A model generated the notes under the pieces. That model was not told the DNA's origin, searched no databases, and was given only the letters and a program-made list of their open reading frames with translations. A stretch of 64,000 nt of DNA from Candidatus Daviesbacteria bacterium. GTDB taxonomy: Bacteria > Patescibacteriota > Microgenomatia > Daviesbacterales > UBA10151. The stretch spans positions 208,372 to 272,371 of the forward strand of contig JACPDA010000004.1 in NCBI GenBank assembly GCA_016184225.1. The letters run 5' to 3'. Position numbers and translations under genes: made by a program. Position 1 is the first letter of the stretch. Each line of letters starts with the position of its first letter. Positions 49,324-57,878 of this stretch are shown one piece after another.

Positions 49324-49848
49324 ATGAAAATACTCTTGATTGGGCCGCAAGGATCGGGTAAATCAACGCAAGCTACTCTTTTGGCAGAGCATTTAGGTCT
49401 GCCAAAAATTACGATAGGAGATCTCTTTCGTCAAATAGCAGATTCGGATTCTGAAGAGGGGAAAAGGATCAAACAGATTTTGGACTGCGGTCAATTAGTG
49501 GATGATCAAACTACAGCTGAACTAGTTAAAAAAAGAGTTAGCGAAGAAGATGTTAAGAATGGTTTTATTTTGGATGGTTATCCCAGGACTATAGAACAAG
49601 TAAATATCTTTGAACCGGATTTAGATAAGGTGATTTATCTAAATGTTCCCCGGGAGGAAGTGGTTCAAAGGCTTCTGCAAAGAGGCAGAGCGGATGATAC
49701 TGCTTTACTTATTAATAAACGTCTGGATTTGTATTATCAGCAAACACAGCCTTTACTAGATCATTATAAGCAGCAAGGTACTTTGGTTGAGGTTGATGGG
49801 GTAGGAGATATACAAAGGATTCAGGATGAGATCAGAAAGCAAGTTTAA
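49324..49848 (+). CDS. adk: Adenylate kinase (short LID form)
   Basis: MKILLIGPQGSGKSTQA P-loop. Confidence 0.85.
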   Translation: MKILLIGPQGSGKSTQATLLAEHLGLPKITIGDLFRQIADSDSEEGKRIKQILDCGQLVDDQTTAELVKKRVSEEDVKNGFILDGYPRTIEQVNIFEPDLDKVIYLNVPREEVVQRLLQRGRADDTALLINKRLDLYYQQTQPLLDHYKQQGTLVEVDGVGDIQRIQDEIRKQV

Positions 49849-49850
49849 GG

Positions 49851-50612
49851 ATGAAAGTAAGAAACGTTTGCGAGCAAGACTTGATGAGAAAATCAGGTGT
49901 GATTGCTGCGAAAGCTTTAAAGCGGGCGACAGAAGCAATTAAAGTTGGTGTAACAGAGCTTGAGGTTGATAAAATTGTAACGCAGGAGATTTATAAGCAG
50001 GGTGGGGATTTATCTTATAAAAGCGTACCGGGTTATAAATATGCCACTTGCATTACGGTAAATGAGCAGGTGGTACATGGAATACCTACAGATAGAAAAT
50101 TTGAAAGCGGTGATGTAGTAAGTGTGGATCTGGCGGTTGTGTATAAAGGTTGGCATACAGATTGTGCTTGGAGTGTATTAGTAAGTGGACAGGGTACAGG
50201 CGACAGTGGACAGTTGGAAAAGACAAAATTCTTAAAAGCTGGAGAGGAGGCTTTATGGGATGGGGTAGCGCAGGCAATAGACGGGAATAGGGTGGGGGAT
50301 ATTTCATCAGCTATTCAAGAGAGAATTGAGAAAAATGGATATAGTGTGGTAAGAAGTTTAGTTGGACACGGGGTCGGCAGGAGCTTGCATGAGGATCCGG
50401 AAATACCGGGATTTGGAGAAGCAGGAAAGGGGCCAGTATTAAAAAGCGGGATGAGCTTGGCTATTGAAGTGATCTACACATCAGGATTGCCGGATGTGGT
50501 ATTAGAAAAAGATGGGTGGACTTTCTCGTCTGCTGATAAGTCGCTCGGGGGATTATTTGAGATGACAGTAATTGTCGGGAAAAAGGAGCCTAAAGTATTA
50601 ACCCATTGGTAA
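49851..50612 (+). CDS. map: Methionine aminopeptidase type I; contains in-frame CAGGCGACAGTGGACAGT mini-repeat (50196-50214)
   Basis: Pita-bread fold metal ligands in conserved blocks (..DLAVVYKGWHTDCA.., ..HGVGRSLHEDP..). Confidence 0.9.
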   Translation: MKVRNVCEQDLMRKSGVIAAKALKRATEAIKVGVTELEVDKIVTQEIYKQGGDLSYKSVPGYKYATCITVNEQVVHGIPTDRKFESGDVVSVDLAVVYKGWHTDCAWSVLVSGQGTGDSGQLEKTKFLKAGEEALWDGVAQAIDGNRVGDISSAIQERIEKNGYSVVRSLVGHGVGRSLHEDPEIPGFGEAGKGPVLKSGMSLAIEVIYTSGLPDVVLEKDGWTFSSADKSLGGLFEMTVIVGKKEPKVLTHW

Positions 50613-50666
50613 TTCTATGGGTTGTAATATGAAGCTAATTCTGATAAAATGCTTTAGCTTTAAATT

Positions 50667-50909
50667 ATGATAAAAGATGTTATTGAAGTTGAAGGTAAAG
50701 TTAAAAAAGTTTTACCCAATACGTTATTTAGGGTGGAGATTGATCAAAGCAGCGATGTGCCGGAACTCTTGGGGAGGATCATTTTATGTCATATCTCAGG
50801 TAAAATGAGAATGCACTATATCAGGCTTTTAGAAGGCGATAGGGTGAGGATAGAGATGAGTCCGAGGTATGATTTGGATAAGGGGAGGATTACGTTTAGG
50901 CTCAAATAG
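50667..50909 (+). CDS. infA: Translation initiation factor IF-1
   Basis: S1-like OB fold sequence, 80 aa. Confidence 0.9.
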   Translation: MIKDVIEVEGKVKKVLPNTLFRVEIDQSSDVPELLGRIILCHISGKMRMHYIRLLEGDRVRIEMSPRYDLDKGRITFRLK

Positions 50910-50970
50910 AGTCAAGAGTCTAGTGACTAGAGTCTAGGAAAAAATAACTTGACTCTAGCGACTGGTCACT
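50906..50970 (+). repeat. (N)AGAGTC heptamer array (50906-50938) and box GACTCTAGCGACTGGTCACT (50951-50970) ending 6 nt before the rpmJ ATG
   Basis: TAGAGTCAAG pairs with CTTGACTCTA. Confidence 0.6.
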
Positions 50971-50976
50971 AATTAT

Positions 50977-51093
50977 ATGAAAGTAGCAGCTAGTATAAAA
51001 GTACGATGTAAGTTTTGTAAAATAGTCAAACGCGAGGGTATCTTGTATGTCATTTGCCCTCGCGACCCAAGGCATAAGCAGCGTCAGGGATAA
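50977..51093 (+). CDS. rpmJ: 50S ribosomal protein L36 (38 aa; missed by the ORF track)
   Basis: [42 protein letters not shown] zinc ribbon; between infA and rpsM. Confidence 0.85.
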   Translation: MKVAASIKVRCKFCKIVKREGILYVICPRDPRHKQRQG

Positions 51094-51147
51094 ATATGAA
51101 TTTAAAATTTAAAATTAAAAATTTAAAATTGGGGAGGGTTATCTAAT

Positions 51148-51549
51148 ATGGCTCGTATTGCTGGTGTGGATCTCCCAGAGAATAAACGGGTAGATATAGG
51201 ATTAACTTACATTTTCGGTATAGGCAGGTCTAATGTAAGGCAGGTTATTAAAGAAGCAAATGTAGATGGAGCTAAAAGAGTTAAAGATTTGACAGAGGAG
51301 GAGATTAATAAATTACAAAAGAGCATTGAGCAATTTAAGGTTGAAGGAGACCTAAGACAAGAGATTGAACAAAATATTAAAAGACTGGAAGAGATTGGAA
51401 GTTACAGAGGTATAAGACACAGAAAAGGTTTACCGGCCAGGGGGCAGCGGACTAGAAGTAACGCCAGGACCAAACGGGGAAAGAGAAAGACGGTTGGTAC
51501 TGTTAGGAAAGAAATAGTTGCAAAGACAGGAGGAGAAGCTAAAAGCTAA
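51148..51549 (+). CDS. rpsM: 30S ribosomal protein S13
   Basis: [10 protein letters not shown]..; SD GGGGAGGG 10 nt upstream. Confidence 0.9.
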   Translation: MARIAGVDLPENKRVDIGLTYIFGIGRSNVRQVIKEANVDGAKRVKDLTEEEINKLQKSIEQFKVEGDLRQEIEQNIKRLEEIGSYRGIRHRKGLPARGQRTRSNARTKRGKRKTVGTVRKEIVAKTGGEAKS

Positions 51550-51944
51550 TGGCTAAGAGACAAATCAGGTCTAAAACAATAAAGAAGGCAGAGAGAAAAG
51601 TAACGAGCGGTAGGGTATATGTCACCGCGACTTTTAACAATACTCTCATTACCCTAACAGATACCTCAGGGAATACCTTAGCCTGGGGTACCTCCGGTAC
51701 AGCAGGTTTTAAAGGGGCAAGAAGGGCAACGCCATATGCGGCAATTTCTGCTATGGAGAAGTTGGCTCAAACTGCCAAAGGATTCGGCATGAGTGCAGTT
51801 GAGGTGTATATAAAGGGTCCCGGGTCAGGCAGGGATGCTACCATTAAAGCCTTGAGAGGAGCAGGAATTAATATTACTATGATTGCAGATATTACTCCAA
51901 TTCCACATAATGGTCCCCGACCTAAGAAAAGGAGACGAGTTTAA
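51549..51944 (+). CDS. rpsK: 30S ribosomal protein S11
   Basis: Conserved S11 sequence. Confidence 0.9.
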   Translation: MAKRQIRSKTIKKAERKVTSGRVYVTATFNNTLITLTDTSGNTLAWGTSGTAGFKGARRATPYAAISAMEKLAQTAKGFGMSAVEVYIKGPGSGRDATIKALRGAGINITMIADITPIPHNGPRPKKRRRV

Positions 51945-52546
51945 TGGCGCGCTATACTGGTCCAAAAAGAAGATTATCCAGAAGAGAAGGCTTGGCTTTA
52001 TTTGCTAAAGATGCTAAATCCTTAGAGAAAAAAGGTGCAGTACCTCCGGGCCAACATGGGTTAGGTAGAAGAAGGCGAATATCGGAATATGGCATTCAGC
52101 TTAGAGAGAAACAGAAGGCAAAAAGAATTTTTGGATTATTGGAAAAGCAATTCAAACGATATTTTGAGAAGGCTAGTAAGGTAAGGGGTGTGACAGGTTT
52201 GGCCCTTCTTCAGGCTTTAGAAACCAGGTTGGACAATGTTGTATACAGATTAAACTTCGCGAAGAGCAGAGCTGGAGCAAGGCAATTGGTAAGTCATGGT
52301 CATATTAAGATAGATGGGAAAAAAGTTAACATTCCATCTTTTCAGGTTAAGGTTAATCAGACTATTGAAATAGCGCCGCAAATGAGAGATAATACACACG
52401 TTAAAAAGAGTTTAGAGGAAACTTCAACCTTGCCAGAGTGGCTTGATAAAAAAGCCACAGTGGGCAAGGTTTTAAGAATCCCAAAACGAGAAGAAATGGA
52501 ACAATCAGTTAACGAACAATTAATTGTTGAACATTATTCTCGCTAA
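51944..52546 (+). CDS. rpsD: 30S ribosomal protein S4
   Basis: MARYTGPKRRLSRREG.. Confidence 0.9.
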   Translation: MARYTGPKRRLSRREGLALFAKDAKSLEKKGAVPPGQHGLGRRRRISEYGIQLREKQKAKRIFGLLEKQFKRYFEKASKVRGVTGLALLQALETRLDNVVYRLNFAKSRAGARQLVSHGHIKIDGKKVNIPSFQVKVNQTIEIAPQMRDNTHVKKSLEETSTLPEWLDKKATVGKVLRIPKREEMEQSVNEQLIVEHYSR

Positions 52547-52550
52547 TATT

Positions 52551-53456
52551 ATGTTTAAGATTAAAACAGAGGATGAATCAGAATATTTTGCAAAAGTAAT
52601 CATTGAGCCACTTGAGGCGGGCTTCGGTCATACGTTAGGGAATAGCCTAAGAAGAGTGTTATTAACATCTTTGCCCGGAGCCGCGGTGACCTCTATCAGG
52701 ATTGATGGGGTTGCACATAGATTCTCGGTAATTGATGGTGTTTTGGAAGATGTTATTGAGATGATCCTAAACATTAAAAAGATTCGCTTGAGTGTCCATT
52801 CTGAAAAGCCAATAAAATTGATTCTTAAAGCATCGGGTAAAGGTACTGTTAAGGCTTCAGATCTGGTAATCGAAGGAGACGGAGAAATCGTAAGTCTTGA
52901 TCAGCATATTGCAACTTTAACAGATGCGAAATCCAAACTTAATATAGAATTGATTGCGGAGCAGGGTAAAGGTTATTCAATTTCGGACGATAGGAAAACA
53001 GATGAGATTGGTCTAATCTCAATAGACGCTCTTTTTAGTCCGGTGTCTTCAGTCAATTATAGTGTTGAACCGACTAGGGTAGGACGAAGGACAGACTTTG
53101 ATAAATTAATATTAGAGGTGACAACAGACGGGACTGTTTCTCCTGTGGAAGCTGTGAATGTGGCTGCGAGACTCTTGTCAGATACTTTCCATGCCATATA
53201 CGAACCCACAGTTGAAGAAGAGGTAGAAGATTCGAGTTCCAGAATCTCTGAAGAGACATTGAAATTAACCATAGAAGAGTTAGATTTGCCCGTAAGGATT
53301 ACAAATGCCCTAAAGGTCATAGAAATTAATGTCATTGAGGATTTAATTAATACTTCCAGACAACAACTTTTAAAAGCCAAGAATTTAGGAGCTAAATCCA
53401 TACATCTAATATCTGAGAAGTTAGCTGAGAGGGGGTTGACTCTTCGTGAGGCATAG
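52551..53456 (+). CDS. rpoA: DNA-directed RNA polymerase subunit alpha
   Basis: ..EPLEAGFGHTLGNSLRRVLLTSLPGAAV..; start at ATG 52551 (track ORF starts upstream at 52524). Confidence 0.9.
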   Translation: MFKIKTEDESEYFAKVIIEPLEAGFGHTLGNSLRRVLLTSLPGAAVTSIRIDGVAHRFSVIDGVLEDVIEMILNIKKIRLSVHSEKPIKLILKASGKGTVKASDLVIEGDGEIVSLDQHIATLTDAKSKLNIELIAEQGKGYSISDDRKTDEIGLISIDALFSPVSSVNYSVEPTRVGRRTDFDKLILEVTTDGTVSPVEAVNVAARLLSDTFHAIYEPTVEEEVEDSSSRISEETLKLTIEELDLPVRITNALKVIEINVIEDLINTSRQQLLKAKNLGAKSIHLISEKLAERGLTLREA

Positions 53457-53946
53457 AGTTTATGGTAAACACCTTGGAAGGAATAAGGACCAGCGTAAAT
53501 TACTCTTCAAGGGGTTAATGTATTCCCTTTTCTCTTATGGGACGATACAAACTTCTGAGGCTAAAGCTAAGGCAATTAAGGGTTTAGTTGATAAGGTAAT
53601 AAATCTGGCAAAAGCTAAAAATACAGCGGAGCTTAATTCTTTTATTTTCGATGAGAATTTACAAAAGAGGGTAAATGATGAAATTGTTCCGAAATTAGGA
53701 ACCAGGGTATCTGGTTATACTAGATTGGTAAAAACTGGAACAAGATCGGGCGATCAAACTGCAATGGTCAGGATGAGCTTGATAGGTAGCGAGGAGCTGA
53801 AGCCGCTAGAAAAAGGGTCTAGGGTACAGGGTTTAGGGGTTAGCAAAAAAACAGTAGCAAGTGAAGCGGATAAAAAAGAGAAAAAGACGATTAAAGCTGT
53901 CAAAAAGACTGTTCGTGTAAAGTCAAAATCATCCAAAACAAAATGA
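53446..53946 (+). CDS. rplQ: 50S ribosomal protein L17 with K-rich C-terminal tail
   Basis: MRHRVYGKHLGRNKDQRKLLFKGL.. Confidence 0.85.
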   Translation: MRHRVYGKHLGRNKDQRKLLFKGLMYSLFSYGTIQTSEAKAKAIKGLVDKVINLAKAKNTAELNSFIFDENLQKRVNDEIVPKLGTRVSGYTRLVKTGTRSGDQTAMVRMSLIGSEELKPLEKGSRVQGLGVSKKTVASEADKKEKKTIKAVKKTVRVKSKSSKTK

Positions 53947-54335
53947 GCACTAATAAGTTATCGGCAAAAAATATCAAAAGAGAAACGCATGTCATTGATG
54001 CCAGTGGGAAAATTCTGGGAAGACTGGCCACTGAAGCGGCTACGATTCTGATGGGTAAGAAAAAACCGGAATTTGTGCCATACTTGGACACTGGAGATTT
54101 TGTAGTGGTAACTAATGCCAGTAAGATAAAAGTAACCGGTAAAAAAGCCAAAGATAAAGTTTATACCAGCCATTCAGGTTATCCTGGAGGATTACGACAG
54201 GAGACCTTTGATAAAATAATAAGCCGGAAGCCGGAATATGTTATTGAACACGCAATCAAAGGTATGCTTCCTCATAACAGATTAGGTAGCAAAATGGTAA
54301 AGAAGTTAAAGGTGTTTGCGGGAGAAGCTAAATGA
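53943..54335 (+). CDS. rplM: 50S ribosomal protein L13
   Basis: Conserved L13 sequence. Confidence 0.9.
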   Translation: MSTNKLSAKNIKRETHVIDASGKILGRLATEAATILMGKKKPEFVPYLDTGDFVVVTNASKIKVTGKKAKDKVYTSHSGYPGGLRQETFDKIISRKPEYVIEHAIKGMLPHNRLGSKMVKKLKVFAGEAK

Positions 54336-54724
54336 TGGAAAATATAACTACTGTTGGTAGAAGGAAGGAAGCAATAGCGCGGGTATATTTGAGTTCAGGC
54401 AAGGGTCAGGTTTTAATTAATGGGAAACCTATTACAGAATATTTCCCGGGTCTGGTGTTACAGAAACAGTATAGTCGTCCTTTAGAAATTACAGATACTG
54501 TTGGTAAATATACGATTTCAGTGAAAGTTGGGGGCGGAGGACAAGCTTCGCAACTTGATGCAGTTATTCATGGGATCGCCAGGGCTATTGCTAGAATAGA
54601 TGCTGCTTCGCGGACTGCTCTAAAAAGGGAAGGTTTTTTAACCCGTGACCCACGGGTTAAAGAGCGAAGAAAATATGGTTTAGCCCAAAAAGCAAGGGCC
54701 AAAAAACAATCTCCAAAGAGGTAA
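54332..54724 (+). CDS. rpsI: 30S ribosomal protein S9
   Basis: ..GGGQASQLDAVIHGIARA.. ending KR. Confidence 0.9.
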   Translation: MMENITTVGRRKEAIARVYLSSGKGQVLINGKPITEYFPGLVLQKQYSRPLEITDTVGKYTISVKVGGGGQASQLDAVIHGIARAIARIDAASRTALKREGFLTRDPRVKERRKYGLAQKARAKKQSPKR

Positions 54725-54727
54725 GCT

Positions 54728-55033
54728 TTAAAGAAATATCCAGTAAAATAACCAGACGACAATAAAAAGTATCGCTATAGCGATTGTCAGGAAACCGGCA
54801 AATCCAAATCTCCTTTTTTTAAAACAGTATAACGCGAGTAAAATTTCTGAAGTCCCAATCAGGTAGGTATTGAATACTTGCCAATACCAGGAAGGTGTTT
54901 TCGATAAATCTTGTTTTACCAGCGTATTGGAAAGAATGTTGTGTATTCGCAAATCCTGCATCAGGTCCCGTACTAGATGGATAGAGAAGAAAGTCACGGC
55001 TGCATATAACCAATATCTTTGCCAAGTCTTCAT
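54728..55033 (-). CDS. Hypothetical membrane protein (101 aa, about 3 TM)
   Basis: Hydrophobic, Trp-rich ORF in the gap between rpsI and the phosphohexomutase. Confidence 0.45.
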   Translation of the reverse strand: MKTWQRYWLYAAVTFFSIHLVRDLMQDLRIHNILSNTLVKQDLSKTPSWYWQVFNTYLIGTSEILLALYCFKKRRFGFAGFLTIAIAILFIVVWLFYWIFL

Positions 55034-55097
55034 ATTTATTTAGTATAGCAGCTTGATGTAATTAAATTCAGGATTTGATAAAATAATAAGGGTTAAA

Positions 55098-56501
55098 ATG
55101 GACAAGACCACCCCCCCGGAAAATATTTTCAAAAGTTATGATATTAGAGGCATCTACCCTTTTGAGATTAACGAACAATTTGCTGTTTCTATTACCCGAG
55201 CTATTTACAAATTAATTTCCAATCAACTTTCTGCCACTGCGCCCTTAACTATTGCTGTTGGTAGGGATATGAGGCTTTCCTCCCCGGCTATATATGAGGC
55301 AGTCAGTAAAACTTTGGTGGAACTGGGGGCAAAAGTAATTGACTTAGGGATTGTTTCCACCCCGACTTTTTATTTTGCTGTCTTTAAATACGGCTATGAC
55401 GGAGGTTTGCAGATTACGGCTTCCCATAATCCTAAGGAATATAACGGCATAAAAATTGTCCGGAAATCCCCTACTGGTTTGGTAAAAATTGGCAAAAGTA
55501 CGGGTATGGAAGATATCAAAAGAATGGTAACTCAGAAGGTGGACTTACCTGAGGTTCCCGGTGGAGTTATTACCAAAAAAGAAGGAATAGTTCACGAAGA
55601 GATTGAAAATGCTTTGAGAATTGCCGGGCAGCCAAAACTGAACCCCTTTAAGGTAGTAGCTGATGCGGCCAATGCTTTAGGGGCTTTATACATTGAGGAA
55701 CTTTTTAAATCTATCCCCGGAAAGTTGATAAAAATGAACTTTAATTTAGATGGGACTTTTCCGGTACATCAAGCCGATCCACTGCAGAAAGAGACTTTGG
55801 TTGATCTACAAAGAAAAGTGGTGGAGGAGAAAGCGGATTTAGGGTTGGCCCCTGACGGTGACGGGGATAGGCTATTTTTTATTGATGAAAAAGGCGAAAT
55901 TGTGCCACCTTCAATTATCACCGCAATTGTGGCCAGGGAACTTTTGAAAAAACACAAAGGAGCAACTGTTTTGGCAGATATCAGATATATAATGACTCCT
56001 AAAAAGGTGGTGGAGGAGCTAGGGGGGACTTTGGTCATCACTAAAGTAGGGCATGCATTTATTACTGAGAAACTTCACGAGACCGGTGGGATCTTTGCCG
56101 GTGAATCATCCGCCCATTATTTTTTTAAAGAAACCGGCAATGCCGAGTCGCAACTACCGATGATTTTAACTGTTTTGAAAGTAATGACAGAGGAGCATAG
56201 AAGGTTGTCAGAGGTGGTGGAATCTTTGCGAAGAAGCCATGAGTCGGGTGAATTTAATTTTCGGGTTAAGAATGCCCGGCAAATTATGGAAGCGATCAAG
56301 AAAGAATTTCCGGAAGGGGAGATCTCGGAGTTAGATGGTGTATCTATCTCTTTTGCCGACTGGAGATTGTCTCTTCGGAGTTCTAATACGGAACCGCTTC
56401 TTCGACTCAACATTGAAGTTGATATAAATGGGAATGTAGAGGAGAAAAAAGAGAAAGTAATGGATCTAATTAAAAAACACGCAGTTTTTGACCAAGTCTG
56501 A
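55098..56501 (+). CDS. Phosphomannomutase/phosphoglucomutase (alpha-D-phosphohexomutase)
   Basis: Active-site TASHNPKEYNG; GLAPDGDGDR metal-binding loop. Confidence 0.8.
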   Translation: MDKTTPPENIFKSYDIRGIYPFEINEQFAVSITRAIYKLISNQLSATAPLTIAVGRDMRLSSPAIYEAVSKTLVELGAKVIDLGIVSTPTFYFAVFKYGYDGGLQITASHNPKEYNGIKIVRKSPTGLVKIGKSTGMEDIKRMVTQKVDLPEVPGGVITKKEGIVHEEIENALRIAGQPKLNPFKVVADAANALGALYIEELFKSIPGKLIKMNFNLDGTFPVHQADPLQKETLVDLQRKVVEEKADLGLAPDGDGDRLFFIDEKGEIVPPSIITAIVARELLKKHKGATVLADIRYIMTPKKVVEELGGTLVITKVGHAFITEKLHETGGIFAGESSAHYFFKETGNAESQLPMILTVLKVMTEEHRRLSEVVESLRRSHESGEFNFRVKNARQIMEAIKKEFPEGEISELDGVSISFADWRLSLRSSNTEPLLRLNIEVDINGNVEEKKEKVMDLIKKHAVFDQV

Positions 56502-56511
56502 CTTGGTTTTT
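56491..56511 (+). terminator. Hairpin ACCAAGTC/GACTTGGT + TTTTT overlapping the phosphohexomutase stop codon
   Basis: Direct reading. Confidence 0.5.
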
Positions 56512-56548
56512 GAGGACTTGCCAAAATAAGGTGTTTGTGGTTTACTAA

Positions 56549-56656
56549 TACATACATCAAGAGTGTCCGACATTTTGTCGGACCGGCAACCGTCAATCCC
56601 GATTCAATCGGGATAAAGTCACGGTGCCAACCCCGATATTAAATCGGGGGATGTGG
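56549..56656 (+). ncRNA. Candidate SAM-binding riboswitch (SAM-I/IV-like core) in the metK leader
   Basis: AUCAAGAG P1-like segment, hairpin, GGCAACC (56585-56591), GGUGCCAA (56623-56630), terminal hairpin, then AUGUGG able to pair back with the 5' CAUACAU. Confidence 0.4.
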
Positions 56657-56686
56657 TCCAGGTCTTGGACAAACTTATGTTCAGGA

Positions 56687-56711
56687 CCTCTCGAGAATCG
56701 GGAGGTTTTTT
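56687..56711 (+). terminator. Intrinsic terminator / SD-sequestering hairpin (CCTCTCGA-GAA-TCGGGAGG + TTTTTT) forming the riboswitch expression platform; its 3' arm contains the metK GGAGG Shine-Dalgarno
   Basis: 8-bp stem with one G-U pair, 6-U tract, ATG 8 nt further. Confidence 0.5.
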
Positions 56712-56718
56712 AAAATAT

Positions 56719-57837
56719 ATGAGTCATCTTAATGGTGTCTTGACAACTTTTACTTCTGAATCAGTTTGTGCCGGCCACCCCGATAAAATTTGCGACCAAA
56801 TCTCAGATGCTATTTTGGATGCAGTATTGGCCCAAGACCCGAAAGGTCGGACTGCTGTTGAATGCTTGGCGGGCAATAACAGGTTAGTTATTGCCGGAGA
56901 AATAGGAGCCAAAGCCAAAGTGGATTTTAAAAAAATTGCCCGGGATCAAATAAAGAGATTAGGTTATACAGATCCTAAATTTAATTTTTCAGATAAATCC
57001 CCGATTGAGGTATTTGTTCACGAACAATCACCGGAAATTGCAATTGGTGTAAAACGAAAGGGTGCAGGAGACCAAGGCATGATGTTTGGTTTTGCTTGTA
57101 GGGAAACCGAGAGTCTGATGCCTCTTCCAATCTCTATGGCACATGCGCTGGTTAAGAGAATGGATCAGGTTCGGGAGGAGAATATAGTCAAATACCTTCG
57201 TCCTGATGGCAAATCTCAGGTCACCATAGAATATAGACAAGGTAAACCATACAAGGTTAATCAAGTTGTTATAGCGGTGCCTCACAAAGAATCCATAAAC
57301 TTAGATGAGGTAAAAGATGATATTTATAATATTGTCATCATACCGGTGCTGGATGTTTTTGGTTTCACAATTGATAAAAAAGATATTATTGTTAACGGCA
57401 CCGGTATTTGGCATCACGGTGGTCCGGCCTCTGATTGTGGAGTAACAGGTAGAAAAATCGTGGTGGATACTTATGGTGGGTATGCCAGAGTGGGTGGAGG
57501 AGCTTTTTCCGGCAAAGAGCCGTCAAAAGTAGATCGGGGAGGAGCTTATGCAGCCAGGTTTTTGGCTAAAAACATTGTGGCCAGTGGACTGGCAGACAGA
57601 GCAGAGGTAAGGTTAGCCTATTTTATAGGGGCCAAGAAACCTACTATGCAGGATGTGGAAACTTTTGGCACTGCTAAAAAATCTCACCAAGTAATTCTTT
57701 CTTTTATGGAGAAAATTTTAGATACTTCGGTGGAAGGAATTATAGAAGGCCTTGATTTACAAAGGCCTATTTATTTACCAACAGCCGCTTATGGCCACTT
57801 CGGCCGCGAGCAGTTCCCCTGGGAAAAAGTGGTTTAA
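56719..57837 (+). CDS. metK: S-adenosylmethionine synthetase
   Basis: ..FTSESVCAGHPDKICDQISDAILDA..; start at ATG 56719 (13 nt after GGAGG) rather than track 56653, which lies inside the leader structure. Confidence 0.9.
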   Translation: MSHLNGVLTTFTSESVCAGHPDKICDQISDAILDAVLAQDPKGRTAVECLAGNNRLVIAGEIGAKAKVDFKKIARDQIKRLGYTDPKFNFSDKSPIEVFVHEQSPEIAIGVKRKGAGDQGMMFGFACRETESLMPLPISMAHALVKRMDQVREENIVKYLRPDGKSQVTIEYRQGKPYKVNQVVIAVPHKESINLDEVKDDIYNIVIIPVLDVFGFTIDKKDIIVNGTGIWHHGGPASDCGVTGRKIVVDTYGGYARVGGGAFSGKEPSKVDRGGAYAARFLAKNIVASGLADRAEVRLAYFIGAKKPTMQDVETFGTAKKSHQVILSFMEKILDTSVEGIIEGLDLQRPIYLPTAAYGHFGREQFPWEKVV

Positions 57838-57878
57838 CTTACCATGAGTTTCAGTAGAAAATCTGCTACCATGTAATT

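Noticed and set aside
49151-49366. 71-aa minus-strand ORF between the 48453 gene and adk
   Set aside because: Overlaps the adk promoter and first codons; no motif; no plausible promoter or start context
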